A DNA stretch of 64,000 nt from Paramoeba atlantica (GCA_977017575.1 CDRNVI010000053.1:372001-436000), one strand, 5' to 3'; positions 21,771 through 34,100 are shown, numbered from the stretch's first letter. The notes: generated by a model not told the origin, from the sequence alone. Numbers and translations are program-made.

Positions 21771-22135
21771 AAGATGAAATCGATGAAAACCAAACTTGAG
21801 TGATGGAAGTGCGAGTACAATGTATTACAGTACATGATAATTCCTGTATATTCCGCATCATTCTTCTCCTTGTACTTTTTTATCCCAATTGAACTACCTA
21901 GCAAATATTGCCACTGAAAAATTGTAATCTGATTCTGATTATCAGAAGACAGAAGTACACTGCGATCACACACTTTTGTATTATGTTTGGAGAGTGGCCT
22001 AATATAATAACTAAACGGGACACTTTCGCGGAGCTTCACGTTGGCCGGCGGCCTACTTTTACGGAAGTTTCTGATGATTGTTCCCGGAGATTCCGTACAT
22101 CTCAATTATTCTCCCACGTACATCCATGTTGAAAT

Positions 22136-23527
22136 ATGCTAGGATATACTTGTAAAGATTGTAAAGATTGCAAATCATCACAGATACCAACAAAATTTAT
22201 GACAGTTGGGAGCAGTTCATTATTAGTGCCTCTCCGAGAAAATACACATACTCAGAGCAAAGCCCAAGCTGCGACATATAACGCAAAATTCCTGAGACGA
22301 TATGTCTCCACTCGGGACGACACACGCTCTATTCTTCGTATTGATCAGCTTGACGCTCTCAATCTACAATCTGCTCTTCTCCGTGTTCTTTACACCCAAC
22401 TTTCTCAGATATTTCTTCTTTTTCCCCAGGGGAATTCGGTGTCTCACTTATTTACTCACTACATCTCAGAGCTTCGGAGTATTCTACACGCACTCCTCCT
22501 ATTTGTGGCACTACCACAAGTGTACGGTGATCGATTGCATAACCTTTTCTACGGGACGTATTTTACTTGGAAATTGAAAGCAGCGTACATATCCTTGGAG
22601 GTTCTCTTACCGTACGCCATTCAAAAGACTTCTGCTCAAGTTTTTGAAGCGAATTGGGATCCTGATCCGAGCGTGTCTTGCTTTTCGTCGCGACGTGTAT
22701 TCATATCTCGCATATTGGATTTTGGTGAAATAGCAGCGCAGTCATTCAGTTTAGTAAACACTATTCTTTTTCTGTGGGTGGGAAAGTATCGCAACCTTAC
22801 TGATCGTGTTCTTGGTTTGCCTTTACGCTACGGATCGCAACGCATGATAAAAATATTGTATGCCCCATTCGTTCTTCGCGCACTGTCTTGGAGAATCCTT
22901 TCAAGTTTTTTACATACCACAGGACCATGGTTACGTCCCATATTCCTAGGCTTACTCCGCGGACCACAATGCTTGATACAATATACGCAAGTATTTTTTC
23001 ATTCGGTAACTCAAATAATATCTGTATCACTGCGTATATTGGTCCTTTATCTGAAGCCAATAATGGAGCGGAGTCCTACGTTTGGGCCCGGTTCCAACTT
23101 TAATTCTTTTCGTCGATTCCTTTTTGAGCGGTTTCTGTCATTGACCCCCTCTATAACTCGTCAAAGCAATTCTATAAATATGGAAACGGGTGGTGCAAAA
23201 ACTTTGTCAAACCCTCTGTCAAACCCTGATGATGGAACTGAGATTCGGCACTCGCTGCTTTCCTCTTTATCTTCCTGTGGAATATGCTGTGCTTGCCCGA
23301 TCTTAATATCTGTGCACTGCATGCCATGTCGCCACTCCTTTTGTTACTATTGCATCGCTCGCATTCTTCCGCTGCGATGCGAGACTTCCGAAACTAGTCA
23401 AGAGAGTTCTAAGCGGCGACCTAGTCTTACACCTGGGGGAACAAACTTAATTTATCTGAACGCTGATGATGAGAGACCCATGTGTCCAAAATGTGATCAT
23501 TCTGTATCGCATCTCATTCGTGGGTGA
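22136..23527 (+). CDS. PEX2: Peroxin 2 (RING E3 ligase)
   Basis: LRIDQLDALNL (PEX2 RVxQLDA motif), GKYRNLTDRVLGL, C-terminal RING CGICC...CRHSFCYYCI...CPKC. Confidence 0.85.
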   Translation: MLGYTCKDCKDCKSSQIPTKFMTVGSSSLLVPLRENTHTQSKAQAATYNAKFLRRYVSTRDDTRSILRIDQLDALNLQSALLRVLYTQLSQIFLLFPQGNSVSHLFTHYISELRSILHALLLFVALPQVYGDRLHNLFYGTYFTWKLKAAYISLEVLLPYAIQKTSAQVFEANWDPDPSVSCFSSRRVFISRILDFGEIAAQSFSLVNTILFLWVGKYRNLTDRVLGLPLRYGSQRMIKILYAPFVLRALSWRILSSFLHTTGPWLRPIFLGLLRGPQCLIQYTQVFFHSVTQIISVSLRILVLYLKPIMERSPTFGPGSNFNSFRRFLFERFLSLTPSITRQSNSINMETGGAKTLSNPLSNPDDGTEIRHSLLSSLSSCGICCACPILISVHCMPCRHSFCYYCIARILPLRCETSETSQESSKRRPSLTPGGTNLIYLNADDERPMCPKCDHSVSHLIRG

Positions 23528-23687
23528 TCATTTAAAAACTTGAATTTAAATTTATCGCCTCAATCAAGAGCTCTCACCTCATCCTTTAGGAAGGGGCCTT
23601 TACGTTCCTTAAAAACTTTTCGATCAAATTCTATGAATATTTTTGAATTGTAGTCACTGAAAAATCGTAGGGTTTAGCGTTTTAGAG

Positions 23688-25307
23688 ATGTTTAGAGAAT
23701 ATATTACGCACTTCTTTCGTATCCAAGAATTTCTGTGTAAAAAAATATATTTTCGCATTGGTGGCACCATGCAATTTTCTCATCGTTGTCTTCGAAGACC
23801 ATTTCTGGGGTTGACTCGCAGGGTAATCTTATGCAACATTCAAACCGCATATCTCGCTCAACAAGCTACCCCAGCAATCAGTGCGGTCACCTTTGCCAGC
23901 ACACGAGGTCTAGCAAGCGAGGCCCTCAGTAAGACCGATGACGGGAAAGTAGTCGCCGCTCCCTCAATGGATCGGGTCTGGGAATTGTGGAGTGAGGGAA
24001 ATCTTTTTGCTCTGCCTATCGCGGAGCTACAAGCGTTTCTTCGCGAACAGAAGGTCCCCGTAGACTTGACATGGAAAAAGACAACTCTAGTCAAACAAGT
24101 AGAGGAGTTAGTGGGCAAACAGAAAAATACAGGACGGAATGTGAAGGATATTACCCCAGTCTCCGGTTTAGCCAAAACCGCAGAGGGTCCCGGAGGTGCG
24201 CTCAATCCCGCGGATGTCTACGGAGAGCTCGCCGGTGACGGCATCCTCGAGAGTCAGACCTTTGTGGACGTGCAACAAAGTGGGCTCTACACGGGTGCCG
24301 ATGCCATGGGTCCGATCATCCCCCGTGCATTTCAGCTTATGCATGAGTCCATCTGTCCCGACGTCCTACTCAGTCGTATCAACACCTCCGCATTTCCCGG
24401 GGGAAATGCCACTCTCCAGGCCTTTACTTTAATCCAAGCTAAGGCCGCGAGTGCGAACAAAGCTCGCTTTAACAAAGCCTTCCAGTGGTGTGTGATGAAT
24501 TTATGGAATATGAATATGGACGGGGAGGCTCATGTCTCCCTCGGGCGTCTGTTGTTGTGGAAAGGAGCGCAGGGGAAGCAAGTCCAAGCCCCGCTCCCCG
24601 GGGGCGCCGATGAGTACCAGACGCTGTGGACGCTGCAGCAACAGCTCCAGGCGGCGCAACCCTACAGCTGGCTTGGTATTGCCCATGGCGATTGTGGGAA
24701 ACATGTTGCGGAGTTCCTGTCACAGAACGGGTGGACGGAGACGCAAAATGGGGAAACCACCACGACCTATCGTGTCAGTGTGCAGCGACAAAAAGAAGTC
24801 CTGGAGGGGGAAGTGGGGGTAGACGGAAAGACGATTAGCTTACAAAAAAGCTGGGAGCGGTTTCTACTTACGTTCTACGTACGAGACGCCATGCCCGATG
24901 TGCGTATCCAGCTTCGCGCACGTATGCCACTGAAAAAGAAGACGGCAGAAATGTTTCAGAACGTGAATTTGATTAACGTCCTTCCGGGTGGCGAAAAGGT
25001 CAGTAGTGCGCTCCCTGGTGATCTCGGCGAGGTTGTCTATGTCTTGCGACAAGAGACCAAGAGTTGGGAAAAGAAATTGAACTCAGGTATTCTGTTAACA
25101 CTATCAGAAACGACCACCAACGTTGCGTTTACGAAGAAGGACACACGTGAGAAAAGGTTGGAGTATGAATTAAGCACAAAGCTACCGACGCAGGACAGCA
25201 AGCCAGATCTGACAGCGCTAAGTGACGAGCTTTGGGAGGCGGTGCTGTCGTTTGCGTCGGCGGTGCAGCCTGGTATGCAGGCTTTCCGTTGTTCTCCTAA
25301 GTCGTAG
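23688..25307 (+). CDS. Hypothetical mitochondrial-type protein with SAP/HeH-like motif
   Basis: 539-aa ORF; the likelier ATG at 23769 gives an Arg-rich presequence. LPIAELQAFLREQKVPVDLTWKKTTLVKQVEE is SAP-like. Confidence 0.75.
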   Translation: MFREYITHFFRIQEFLCKKIYFRIGGTMQFSHRCLRRPFLGLTRRVILCNIQTAYLAQQATPAISAVTFASTRGLASEALSKTDDGKVVAAPSMDRVWELWSEGNLFALPIAELQAFLREQKVPVDLTWKKTTLVKQVEELVGKQKNTGRNVKDITPVSGLAKTAEGPGGALNPADVYGELAGDGILESQTFVDVQQSGLYTGADAMGPIIPRAFQLMHESICPDVLLSRINTSAFPGGNATLQAFTLIQAKAASANKARFNKAFQWCVMNLWNMNMDGEAHVSLGRLLLWKGAQGKQVQAPLPGGADEYQTLWTLQQQLQAAQPYSWLGIAHGDCGKHVAEFLSQNGWTETQNGETTTTYRVSVQRQKEVLEGEVGVDGKTISLQKSWERFLLTFYVRDAMPDVRIQLRARMPLKKKTAEMFQNVNLINVLPGGEKVSSALPGDLGEVVYVLRQETKSWEKKLNSGILLTLSETTTNVAFTKKDTREKRLEYELSTKLPTQDSKPDLTALSDELWEAVLSFASAVQPGMQAFRCSPKS

Positions 25308-25636
25308 ACTTAAAGCTCGAAGTGAGCGCTTTCTTCGGGGAAATCAGGAGAAAAGTGATTTGGTTCTTGGATACGTAGTGCAGATCTATAAATGTACTAC
25401 ACTCATCACATATATTTTGGTGCGCAGAGCACGTCACAAAATACAATGATTCTTCCTGTTTATCTTGTAACAAGGCTGATACAACGTTCTTACGCATGCG
25501 CTTGAGAATTTGGTACACATGTATTCGATTCAGATTTTTGTGTAAGCTGTTTGGTGCTAAAATTAGTGTTTTTTAACGAGTAGGAACCCTTTTTTGTCTT
25601 TTTGAGGGTAACGGGAACTCTGAATATTAATTTACA

Positions 25637-27016
25637 ATGAGCTATGAGACAGATAAATCCAAACAAAATCTCGGAGCCACAGAGGAGTGTGCGCTAGACA
25701 TCCGGACATCCGAGGCTCCTGTCCATCACCAGGCGAGTTTATTTGCCACTGTGGCCAACATTCTATGCACTATGATTGGAGGTGGGCTCCTTAGTCTACC
25801 CCTTGCCTTCGCCCAGGCTGGCCTTTTTCCCGGTCTTCTCCTGACGGCGGTTTGCGCGTCCACATGCTTAATTGCCGTCTACTTCATAGCTCGAAGTTGT
25901 GAGAGTATTGGTGTGTTTTCGTTCCGAGGTCTTGTAGTTCATTCATTTTGCCACCTGCCCTCTCGCTTGCTAGGGGCGCTGGCGGAAGGGATTATATTAT
26001 TCAGCAACACAGGCTCTCTGCTGATCTACGCAGTGGTGATTACAGACTCCATGCCGGGGATGGCAGCCCACTACTGGGGTGTCGCTGGACCTTGGACGGA
26101 GAAATATTTCTGGCTTCTCACCTGTGGAGCATTTTTCCTGCTCCTCAGTCCAATTCGCCGTTTACATGAAATTGTTGCCATTGCGGTGTTTGGTTTTCTC
26201 GCAATGATATACATTTCTGTCGTATTGTTTGTGCGGTGCGGTAAAAATCTCACCGTTCTTCCAGAGAATAGCACGCACTGGGGCGTCGCGTCGACCTCTT
26301 TGCTCACCGCGTTTAGTCTAATCAATGGGGCTTACATGTTTCACATGAACGTCCCCCCGCTCTATGGTGAACTTTACAACGCGTCTCCACGGCGTATGCT
26401 CTTCGCAGGGGGTATTTCCCTTGTCATTGCCTTCCTGCTATACGCGAGTGTGGGTATTTGTGGATACTATCTTTTTGGAACCCCAGAATTGCTCTCACTC
26501 AGCTCTGGGGGGAACTTTTTAAACAGCTTGCCCGCAGAAGCGATTGATGTGAATCTAGCCCGGCTGATGATCGTGCTTCACATTGTGTGCGCGTTTCCTA
26601 TTTATGCTTTTGTCGCTCGCCGGGCCCTGCACATTATCTTCACAGGGCAGGATGAGGAGGAAAATTTTCTGCGACGTGCAATAACGGGAGGGAGTCTGGT
26701 ACTCCTCACAATGGGCGTCGCACTCTTTATTCCCGATCTCGCGTTATTGTTGTCCTTTACCGGGGCTGTCTTTGGTTGTACATTTGGGATGATTCTTCCT
26801 TCCGTGATTTATTACCGAATTCATGGTGGGGCCTGGAGGCAACACAGAGAACGAAATATATCAGTTGGCGATTCCAACGTTGTACAATCGTCGTCTCATG
26901 TACCCTCCACGCACTTAATGAAGCTTGCCCCCGTACTAGCGATTCTTGGATTCATAGCAATGATCACAAGTGTAGTAGTAATGGCCCGTGACCGTGCCTT
27001 AAAGGATACATTGTAG
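25637..27016 (+). CDS. Amino acid transporter (AAAP/SLC38 family)
   Basis: ANILCTMIGGGLLSLPLAFAQAG, AYMFHMNVPPLYGEL, YASVGICGYYLFG, about 11 TM segments. Confidence 0.92.
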   Translation: MSYETDKSKQNLGATEECALDIRTSEAPVHHQASLFATVANILCTMIGGGLLSLPLAFAQAGLFPGLLLTAVCASTCLIAVYFIARSCESIGVFSFRGLVVHSFCHLPSRLLGALAEGIILFSNTGSLLIYAVVITDSMPGMAAHYWGVAGPWTEKYFWLLTCGAFFLLLSPIRRLHEIVAIAVFGFLAMIYISVVLFVRCGKNLTVLPENSTHWGVASTSLLTAFSLINGAYMFHMNVPPLYGELYNASPRRMLFAGGISLVIAFLLYASVGICGYYLFGTPELLSLSSGGNFLNSLPAEAIDVNLARLMIVLHIVCAFPIYAFVARRALHIIFTGQDEEENFLRRAITGGSLVLLTMGVALFIPDLALLLSFTGAVFGCTFGMILPSVIYYRIHGGAWRQHRERNISVGDSNVVQSSSHVPSTHLMKLAPVLAILGFIAMITSVVVMARDRALKDTL

Positions 27017-27367
27017 GAGAGGAAAGAAATGACAATCCTGTAAATGCAGTACATGTCAAGATTGGGTCAAGCATTTTTTAGCGCATTTTGATCAACGTTT
27101 TACACTGCCATTTAAAATGAACCCCACAAAAAGATTTATAGCGAAAATGATACTGGCCAATCACATACCGTATCCTAATTTTCGTCATCCTTTTTCTTTC
27201 TAGTTGGTTAGTATGTAAACGAGCTTATATGGCACATGTACTTGTTCTAACTTGGTGGCATCAACTTGGTTCCGAAATACCTGAACTTTTCCTAATAAAA
27301 TCTATTCAAATAAAAAATACCCGTACGTATTTTTTAGAGCAAGCAGGCTTTCTTTTTCATTTTTGAC

Positions 27368-28198
27368 ATGACATGGGGGCAGCTTGTTATTGGCCCCGCG
27401 GGAAGCGGCAAAACGACGTACTGTACTGGCATGTACGATTTTCTCACACAACTTTCTCGCTATGTTGTGGTAGTGAATTTGGACCCAGCACAAGAGTCGG
27501 ATCCCTTGCCTTATCCATGCAAAGTCGATGTTCGAAAATTAGTCAATTGTCAAGATATCGCAGAAAAAGAAAAACTTGGTCCCAACGGTGCACTTCTATC
27601 TGCCATGGATTATCTTGCAATGCACACGGATTGGCTTATATCGACTCTCCTCGAGATAGAGGAGTTCGACAAGGCCTATGTTCTTTTTGATTGTCCAGGA
27701 CAAATTGAACTCTACATTCATCATGATGGAATGAAAAAGATTGTTGCTCAGATATGCAAACAAACTAAAATGCATCTCGTAGGTACACATCTGATAGATT
27801 CTTTGTGTTGTCGAGGTATGGAAAGTTACATCGCAGCCGTATTGGTATCACTTTCGTCAATGATACCTTTTGAAATTCCTTTCGTTCATGTCCTTACCAA
27901 AGTTGATTGTATTGTAGCGCAAGATTTGTTATTTGACATGGACGTTTACGAATCTGCGCAAGATCTATCAGCCTTTCTCGCAAGATACCTACGAAACAAT
28001 AAGAAGACTAAAATATTGGGAAAGCGAAACTTTTTCTTGAAGAGCACTGCAGACTTTCTTGACAGTGTTGGTCTAGTGGAATTTTGTTTTCTTGATATTC
28101 AAGATAAGGTTTCAGTGGGAAAATTAGTTTCAATTATAGATGTCATTGGCGAGTACTGTACTTGCGAAAATATGATCAAAACATCTTGCGACACATAG
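27368..28198 (+). CDS. GPN2: GPN-loop GTPase 2
   Basis: GQLVIGPAGSGKTTYC.GM..FL, VVNLDPA, LPYPCKVDV, LGPNG, FDCPGQIELYIHH. Confidence 0.85.
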   Translation: MTWGQLVIGPAGSGKTTYCTGMYDFLTQLSRYVVVVNLDPAQESDPLPYPCKVDVRKLVNCQDIAEKEKLGPNGALLSAMDYLAMHTDWLISTLLEIEEFDKAYVLFDCPGQIELYIHHDGMKKIVAQICKQTKMHLVGTHLIDSLCCRGMESYIAAVLVSLSSMIPFEIPFVHVLTKVDCIVAQDLLFDMDVYESAQDLSAFLARYLRNNKKTKILGKRNFFLKSTADFLDSVGLVEFCFLDIQDKVSVGKLVSIIDVIGEYCTCENMIKTSCDT

Positions 28199-28400
28199 GC
28201 GTATCAAATTATTGATAGTATCTGAATTTTCAAAACTTCCGAATTTTAATGCTTTGATAAATAAGATTAATTTTGAATTTTCAAGCTCATATCAAGAATA
28301 GCAAGTTATTGAGCTTTTTGCTTTATTTCGCGAATATCTTGCAATGAAACTCCACATAAAATCATACCGGACAGGATACCAGTAAACGTTTGTCGGGACT

Positions 28401-30317
28401 ATGTCCCCATCCTTCCGAATATGGTGCGGTCCTAGGCGCCACGCTTTGTCCCGAATCTGCTGTTTATCACGGCAATCGCAGCCCTTTGGATCACGATGTC
28501 GGATGGCAAAGTTCAGTTCCAGGTTCTACGAATATGAAATACACATACCAATTCAATGTTTTTCATTGCTAAGAACATGTCGTCGCGAATATTCAGCCGA
28601 AAGCGCGAGTAATGAAGAGGAATGCGGACCAATTTTATTAAGCCCCTTAATTCGAGAGCTTAAGGCATTGCCAACACGTGAGGAGATAGTAAAAAATCTT
28701 AGTGAGGTACGCACGCAAGAAGAGTTTGAGACGTGTGTGAATCAAGTGAGACAGTTTATAGCACAAAATCCAACGTTCGGCGTAATTCACGATCGTAGCG
28801 ATATCCTCCACCGCCTCATGGAAGCATCTTACCAAGTGCGCGAAATTGAAGTCTCGTGGAACACGATGCTTCTTTTCCGGGAGAACGGGATGCATCTGAT
28901 TCGGCCTCATGTGTACGCCGTCCTTAACCTTATTCGCAGAAATATGGAATATCGTTTGGAAAATGAAGGGAGAAATCCGTCTGTGGTAATAGAAGTACTC
29001 GCTCGTCTCCGACAATTCATCCACTATATGGACGTAGATGAAATTTTAATGGACTATATGCTATGGACACGCATCATCGTTGTACTTTTACAACTAGTGA
29101 GTCTTCTCGATAGGCAGCTATTGTACCGGGATCGATGGAGCTACAATACTACGAAAAAGCGGGAAGGGCTTTACATCGACTTTGTCGTAACACATGAGCG
29201 CCTTACTGACTACGATTTTACCGTTCAAGAGACATATCGTTTTATAGATGAAATACTTGTACGCATACGCAGTGTTGTCCCCTCTCGGCCGAATTTCGCT
29301 TTTATGCACCGCATGGCAGAGCTCATGTTTGCATGCGACGATTTTGATCGCATGTATTCCATACTGGAAGATATGAAAGGTATGGGCATGTATTACTCGG
29401 ACTCCCTTACTTCCCGCCTCCTACAACTTGCAATTGGATTCAACTATCCAAATGCAATGCAGTTGTTCGTTGAATGGAGAGTTTTTCACGAGGGGTCCGT
29501 GCTTAATGCATTTGATTGCTTCCGTATACTGGCATACTACTGTCGCTCCGGAGGGGGGAAGCCATGCCCAAAATGTGGCGAGTCCTTCAATCATCGCAAC
29601 GGTTCCTTGGATCATTGGATAAACTGCACTAAGCCGGAGCACAGATCATGTTCGTACCTTCAGCTCGCTCGAACCTCGAAGGGGCTTTACAATGACCTTC
29701 GAGATATTCCGCAAAATTCAGACTGGTCATCGCAGGCCTTCACAGTTCTAGAATTCGCTCAGCAACGTAGCATTACTTGGGGATCCGGAGAGTGGCGCCT
29801 GTTCTTGCTGTGCTGTACCTTTTCCCCGAGAGCAGTGGAGGCAATAGAAGCCATGGAAAAAGAATATCCTCTCAAGAAATGGGATGACATTATTTCGTGT
29901 ATGGTTTGTCGTTTATTGCGCTTCAATAAACCTTCAGAACAACTTAAGCTTTGTCATCGGTTGAAGTCTGAAGGGAAATACATACATACGATGGTGCTCA
30001 ATGAAGTGCTCTTGGGTAGTTACCACATAGAGGACGCTGGAGCTCGAGAAATGCATCTCGACTACTGCGTCCAACTAATGCAAGCCACTGGAAGTGTTCC
30101 ATACTTGTGTACACTGGACACACTTTTGTCACACTTCAAGAAGATCAAAGAAAATGGCGAAGCGACCGATCATGAGCATACGTTGGTAAATCAGATCATC
30201 CTTTGGGCTCAGCGTACCAGCGGAACTGCAAAACGTAGCTTCTGGGAAACTGTGCCTGGAACCTCTCGGAAGCACCGCACCTATCCTGTACCTGAACTTT
30301 CACATTTCTCACAATGA
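28401..30317 (+). CDS. Mitochondrial-type helical-repeat (PPR-like) protein with a Cys/His motif
   Basis: 638 aa with an Arg-rich leader. PPR-like helices (MHRMAELMFACDDFDRMYSILEDMKGMGM). CPKCGESFNH...HWINC motif. Confidence 0.7.
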   Translation: MSPSFRIWCGPRRHALSRICCLSRQSQPFGSRCRMAKFSSRFYEYEIHIPIQCFSLLRTCRREYSAESASNEEECGPILLSPLIRELKALPTREEIVKNLSEVRTQEEFETCVNQVRQFIAQNPTFGVIHDRSDILHRLMEASYQVREIEVSWNTMLLFRENGMHLIRPHVYAVLNLIRRNMEYRLENEGRNPSVVIEVLARLRQFIHYMDVDEILMDYMLWTRIIVVLLQLVSLLDRQLLYRDRWSYNTTKKREGLYIDFVVTHERLTDYDFTVQETYRFIDEILVRIRSVVPSRPNFAFMHRMAELMFACDDFDRMYSILEDMKGMGMYYSDSLTSRLLQLAIGFNYPNAMQLFVEWRVFHEGSVLNAFDCFRILAYYCRSGGGKPCPKCGESFNHRNGSLDHWINCTKPEHRSCSYLQLARTSKGLYNDLRDIPQNSDWSSQAFTVLEFAQQRSITWGSGEWRLFLLCCTFSPRAVEAIEAMEKEYPLKKWDDIISCMVCRLLRFNKPSEQLKLCHRLKSEGKYIHTMVLNEVLLGSYHIEDAGAREMHLDYCVQLMQATGSVPYLCTLDTLLSHFKKIKENGEATDHEHTLVNQIILWAQRTSGTAKRSFWETVPGTSRKHRTYPVPELSHFSQ

Positions 30318-30401
30318 CCCGTATGCCAAATTCTCTTTTTACTATGTTTCGGTATTCGTAAATATACGTAGATGTATAGAATATCGTTTTAGCAGTTAGT
30401 A

Positions 30402-30951
30402 CTCATCCCATATGGTCCTCCGTTCATTTTGTATTATGGAACAATTTGCAAGATTCCGCGCAAAGAGTTCGGTCTAGGAACTGATGCAAAATTGTGCGCG
30501 GAATGCGCACGTGGTGTTTGTTTCAGGCCGAAGGACGAACGGGATTTGTCTTGGAGTTCTATATTTGAAACCTTTTGGTATCATTGCATTTCATGAATAC
30601 ATTGTAGAGCGTAGAGTGTTTTCTTTCCTCCTAAGCAGTTTGTGCTCATTCCATATGATCCTTCCATTCATTTTGGAATATGGAACAATATTGCGAGATT
30701 CCGCGCAAATAGTAGTTCGACCTAGGAACTGATGCAAACTTGTGCGCAGCACGCGCACGGTGTTTGTTTCAGGCCGAAGGACGAACGAGATTTATCTTGA
30801 AGTTTTACATCGAAAGCACTTTTGGTATCATTAGCTTTTAATAAATATATTACAGAGTGTAGAGTGTTTTCTTTCCTCCTAAGCAATTTGTGCTCATTCC
30901 ATATGATCATCCATTCATTTTGGAATATGGAACAATATTGCGAGAATTCGC
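30402..30951. repeat. Intergenic tandem repeat, about 245-bp unit, 2.2 copies
   Basis: Units start at CTCAT(C/T)CCATATG at 30402, 30645 and 30893. Conserved blocks include CTAGGAACTGATGCAAA, GGTGTTTGTTTCAGGCCGAAGGACGAACG and GTAGAGTGTTTTCTTTCCTCCTAAGCA. Confidence 0.92.
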
Positions 30952-31195
30952 ATTAAGTTACTCTTATAACTTGTAAAGGGTCTCATCACTTAATACTGGT
31001 TGTTCAGTCTTTGTTCGCACTACGATTCCTAGTGTCATCGGTTGGGAACTTTTTTTTCTTTTTCTAAAAAACGTCCATAGTATTTTACATTATGCCGGAC
31101 GGTGGTTCGAACATGTGTGAAGCAATTTCGCACTTTTAGAGAAACGTAGGATTTATTCATAGACTTCAGCAATTGAGCACTCTTTTTTAAATGAC

Positions 31196-34100
31196 ATGAA
31201 TATTCCAACACTACACACAGATGCCATTTTTCTTTCGGTTTTGTTGCCCGTATCGGATTTGATTCACAGGCGGGATTCAGAAAACTCCAATGACTTCGTT
31301 GCTGCATACCATAGCTTGTATATCATGGGCTCCTCTCAAGATAATGAAGCCGGAAATGTGGATTCTCAGAGAAGCGAAACAATGTACAAAACCCTTAAAA
31401 TTAAGAAGAAATGCGCAAACAATGACATTTTGACTGTTCGCTTGTTTCTCAATGTAGCCAGAACACCGCCGAACACTACGGATCATAAACTCGGGAATCA
31501 GCAAATTAGGAAGAAAGGTAAAAAGACTACGAAACTATATAAAAATAGTTCATATACAAAGGTACAAATGGGATGTACGAAAACTCGTGTCCTACTGACC
31601 GGAAGTACTGCAACGTTATGGAATATTTACCCAATAAACGAAACCGAGTTTTACGTTGCTTATAGCCTCTATTTTCCTCTGTCAGAGGAGCTCTATCTTT
31701 CCAGAGATCCGGAGTCTTCAAACGTATTTCTAACGGCGCTTAAAGCAGAGGCCTCCGTATTTAGTTTTCAGCATGGTAGATTCGGTCCTACATTAAGTAC
31801 TCTGTCTTCGGACGGTATTACACACTACGGGTTTGGCTTGCGGCCTTCGAAAATCCTTGAAATTGAGAACGCAAGGAGTGTGCCCTCGAGCTCGTATTCC
31901 GGAGAACTTTCTTTGGAAAACATTGAAGCTCATGTGAATAGTGTTATCTGTTTCGTTCCTACAGAATCGTGTCTCGTAACTTTTGTTTCGCATAAGACAA
32001 ATTTCGAAAGATTTTCTGCTCTTCATCCGAAGGATTCACAGCACTACACAGATGACTCCGGGAACCCGTTTTTTTATTTTGGTAAGCCGCTCTTACTAGA
32101 AGCTCAAAAACTTGAGTTCGAAACCTCTAAACTATTAAAGAGATCTTTGTCACTGAAGAGAAAAAAGATTGAAAATAATGGGAAAGCAGAACAGTGGAAA
32201 GCGCGCGACCAAATTCGCGTCGGAACTGTACTCGCAACTGAGCAAAATAAATTTTATTCTCTGTTCTTTCCGGAAATTCGATACGAAGGAGACTGTGATG
32301 ACCGGTCAAATGAGCTCCCGCATACGTCGACAGATTCCTCCGCTAACGCCTTGGAGACATCAGTTCGGCTTGGACACCCATACCGCTCCTTTGCCCTCAA
32401 ATTCATCTTTACGATACGTGACATAAAAAAGGATGAACTAATCGTCGTTGTACAGGCTCCAGACTTGGGTTTCGATAGTGATGTCACCATACCCGATATG
32501 GTTGAATGCACTGAATGGCCGCGAGGGGAGCCCTACTATCATGGTATTGGAAAACACACATGTGGTGCTCCCATACTATCCCCACCTTTGAATCGGCTTC
32601 GTATAGTGCCCTGTTCCGCTATCGGAGACAGCCAAAAAGGTTTGATGGCAACAGAATACATTCCTTATGGAGTAGTTTTTCCTTATGGGGGAGAAATCTC
32701 CGATAAAGTGAGTCCCTACTCGTGGGCGACCAGTGATGGTACGCATATTGTTGGTGGAAACATTATGCGGTACGCAAACACGTATCACGGTCTCTCGCAA
32801 TCTCCTAATGCGGTTTTATTAGATATTTCGGTATACCATCCGGACGGAAGCTTCAGCGCTGTTCCTTGTGTCGCATTAATTTCACCGGTATCGCCTGGTG
32901 AGATGATTCTGGTGCATTCTTATGGAAGAGATGCGGACTTCGAAGTCATGAGAAAGATGCTATGTGACAACGAGTATTTGCCGCTGTCGCAATTCCCCTC
33001 GCAAATGCTCCTCCCTGGCATGGAAGCAATGGACAATTGGTATCTTCCTGGTGACGTTATTGCAGTTATTTCACAGAAAAATAGTCCTAAGAGCAACACG
33101 CGGTTTCAAATCTACACTATTCACCAAATTTATCAAGATCGAACAGTATCAGCTTTTCGTCTTCAAGTGAAGCCAGGATCCCTGGTAGATTTCTTTTTAC
33201 GGCGCGGAAGTAAACCGGTTTCACTGTCATTAGACGAGGCGATTCTTCTTATACCTGACGAAGATTACGAAGTTACACAGAAGCAACATTCTTTCTACAG
33301 CAATACGTGTAGAGACATTACCCCTCCCCCAGCCAGTCGTTCAGTGGATAATCAGAAAAATCGATCGATAAGAAAGATGACGAGCCCTTGGAAAACTGTC
33401 AGTCCTGGCTCGAAGTTGCAATGCAGGGGACCAATCGATGAGCTCCTTATGGAGAACTGCGCTCATACTGAGTATATTACGGACACATATCGAAAGGAGA
33501 AAAAAACAGAAATTTTTGCTGTCCGTCTCAACCATATGGTTGCAACACATATTCACTCTCAAGGGAGAACGTCAGATGTAAAGCTTAATGCAAACGAGCT
33601 CGATGAGGTAAGAGAGTCGGAGAGGATCGGTACATTTACATCTAGTGCTAAAATTAGACCTTCAGTTGACCCTAGTATTCTCAAACATGAAAACGATGCA
33701 GAGCATTTAGGAAATGATGATAACGGAAGTCGTTCTGCAAAGCGCTATTTGCCTTTGGCGTCATCAATCTTCAAATCGCCATCAATCTTGAAATCCTCTT
33801 CGTTTTGTGTAAGATCAGCTAATCACACTCCCTTATCCTTACTTTCCTCCCCTTCTCACTACATTTCACAAAGTCGAGACCATGATACGGTTGACAGAAA
33901 GTCTCATAACTGCGAGTTAACTCAAATTTTATTTGAAACTGACGATATGAAGTTTTCTAGCCTTACCCCTCGCTCAAAGATTGGAATTCAAAGATCTAGC
34001 ATAAGTAGTAGTAAGTCTATACTTCTTCCTACAGAATATCCTCACCCAAGTGATGCAATACAAGAGCATAGCATCACAATTTCGCTTCCAAACGGTCCTA

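Noticed and set aside
30520-30560. Hammerhead ribozyme (CAGGCCGAAGGACGAAC resembles stem II-GAAAC)
   Set aside because: There is no CUGANGA core next to it on either strand, and it reads GAAC rather than GAAAC.
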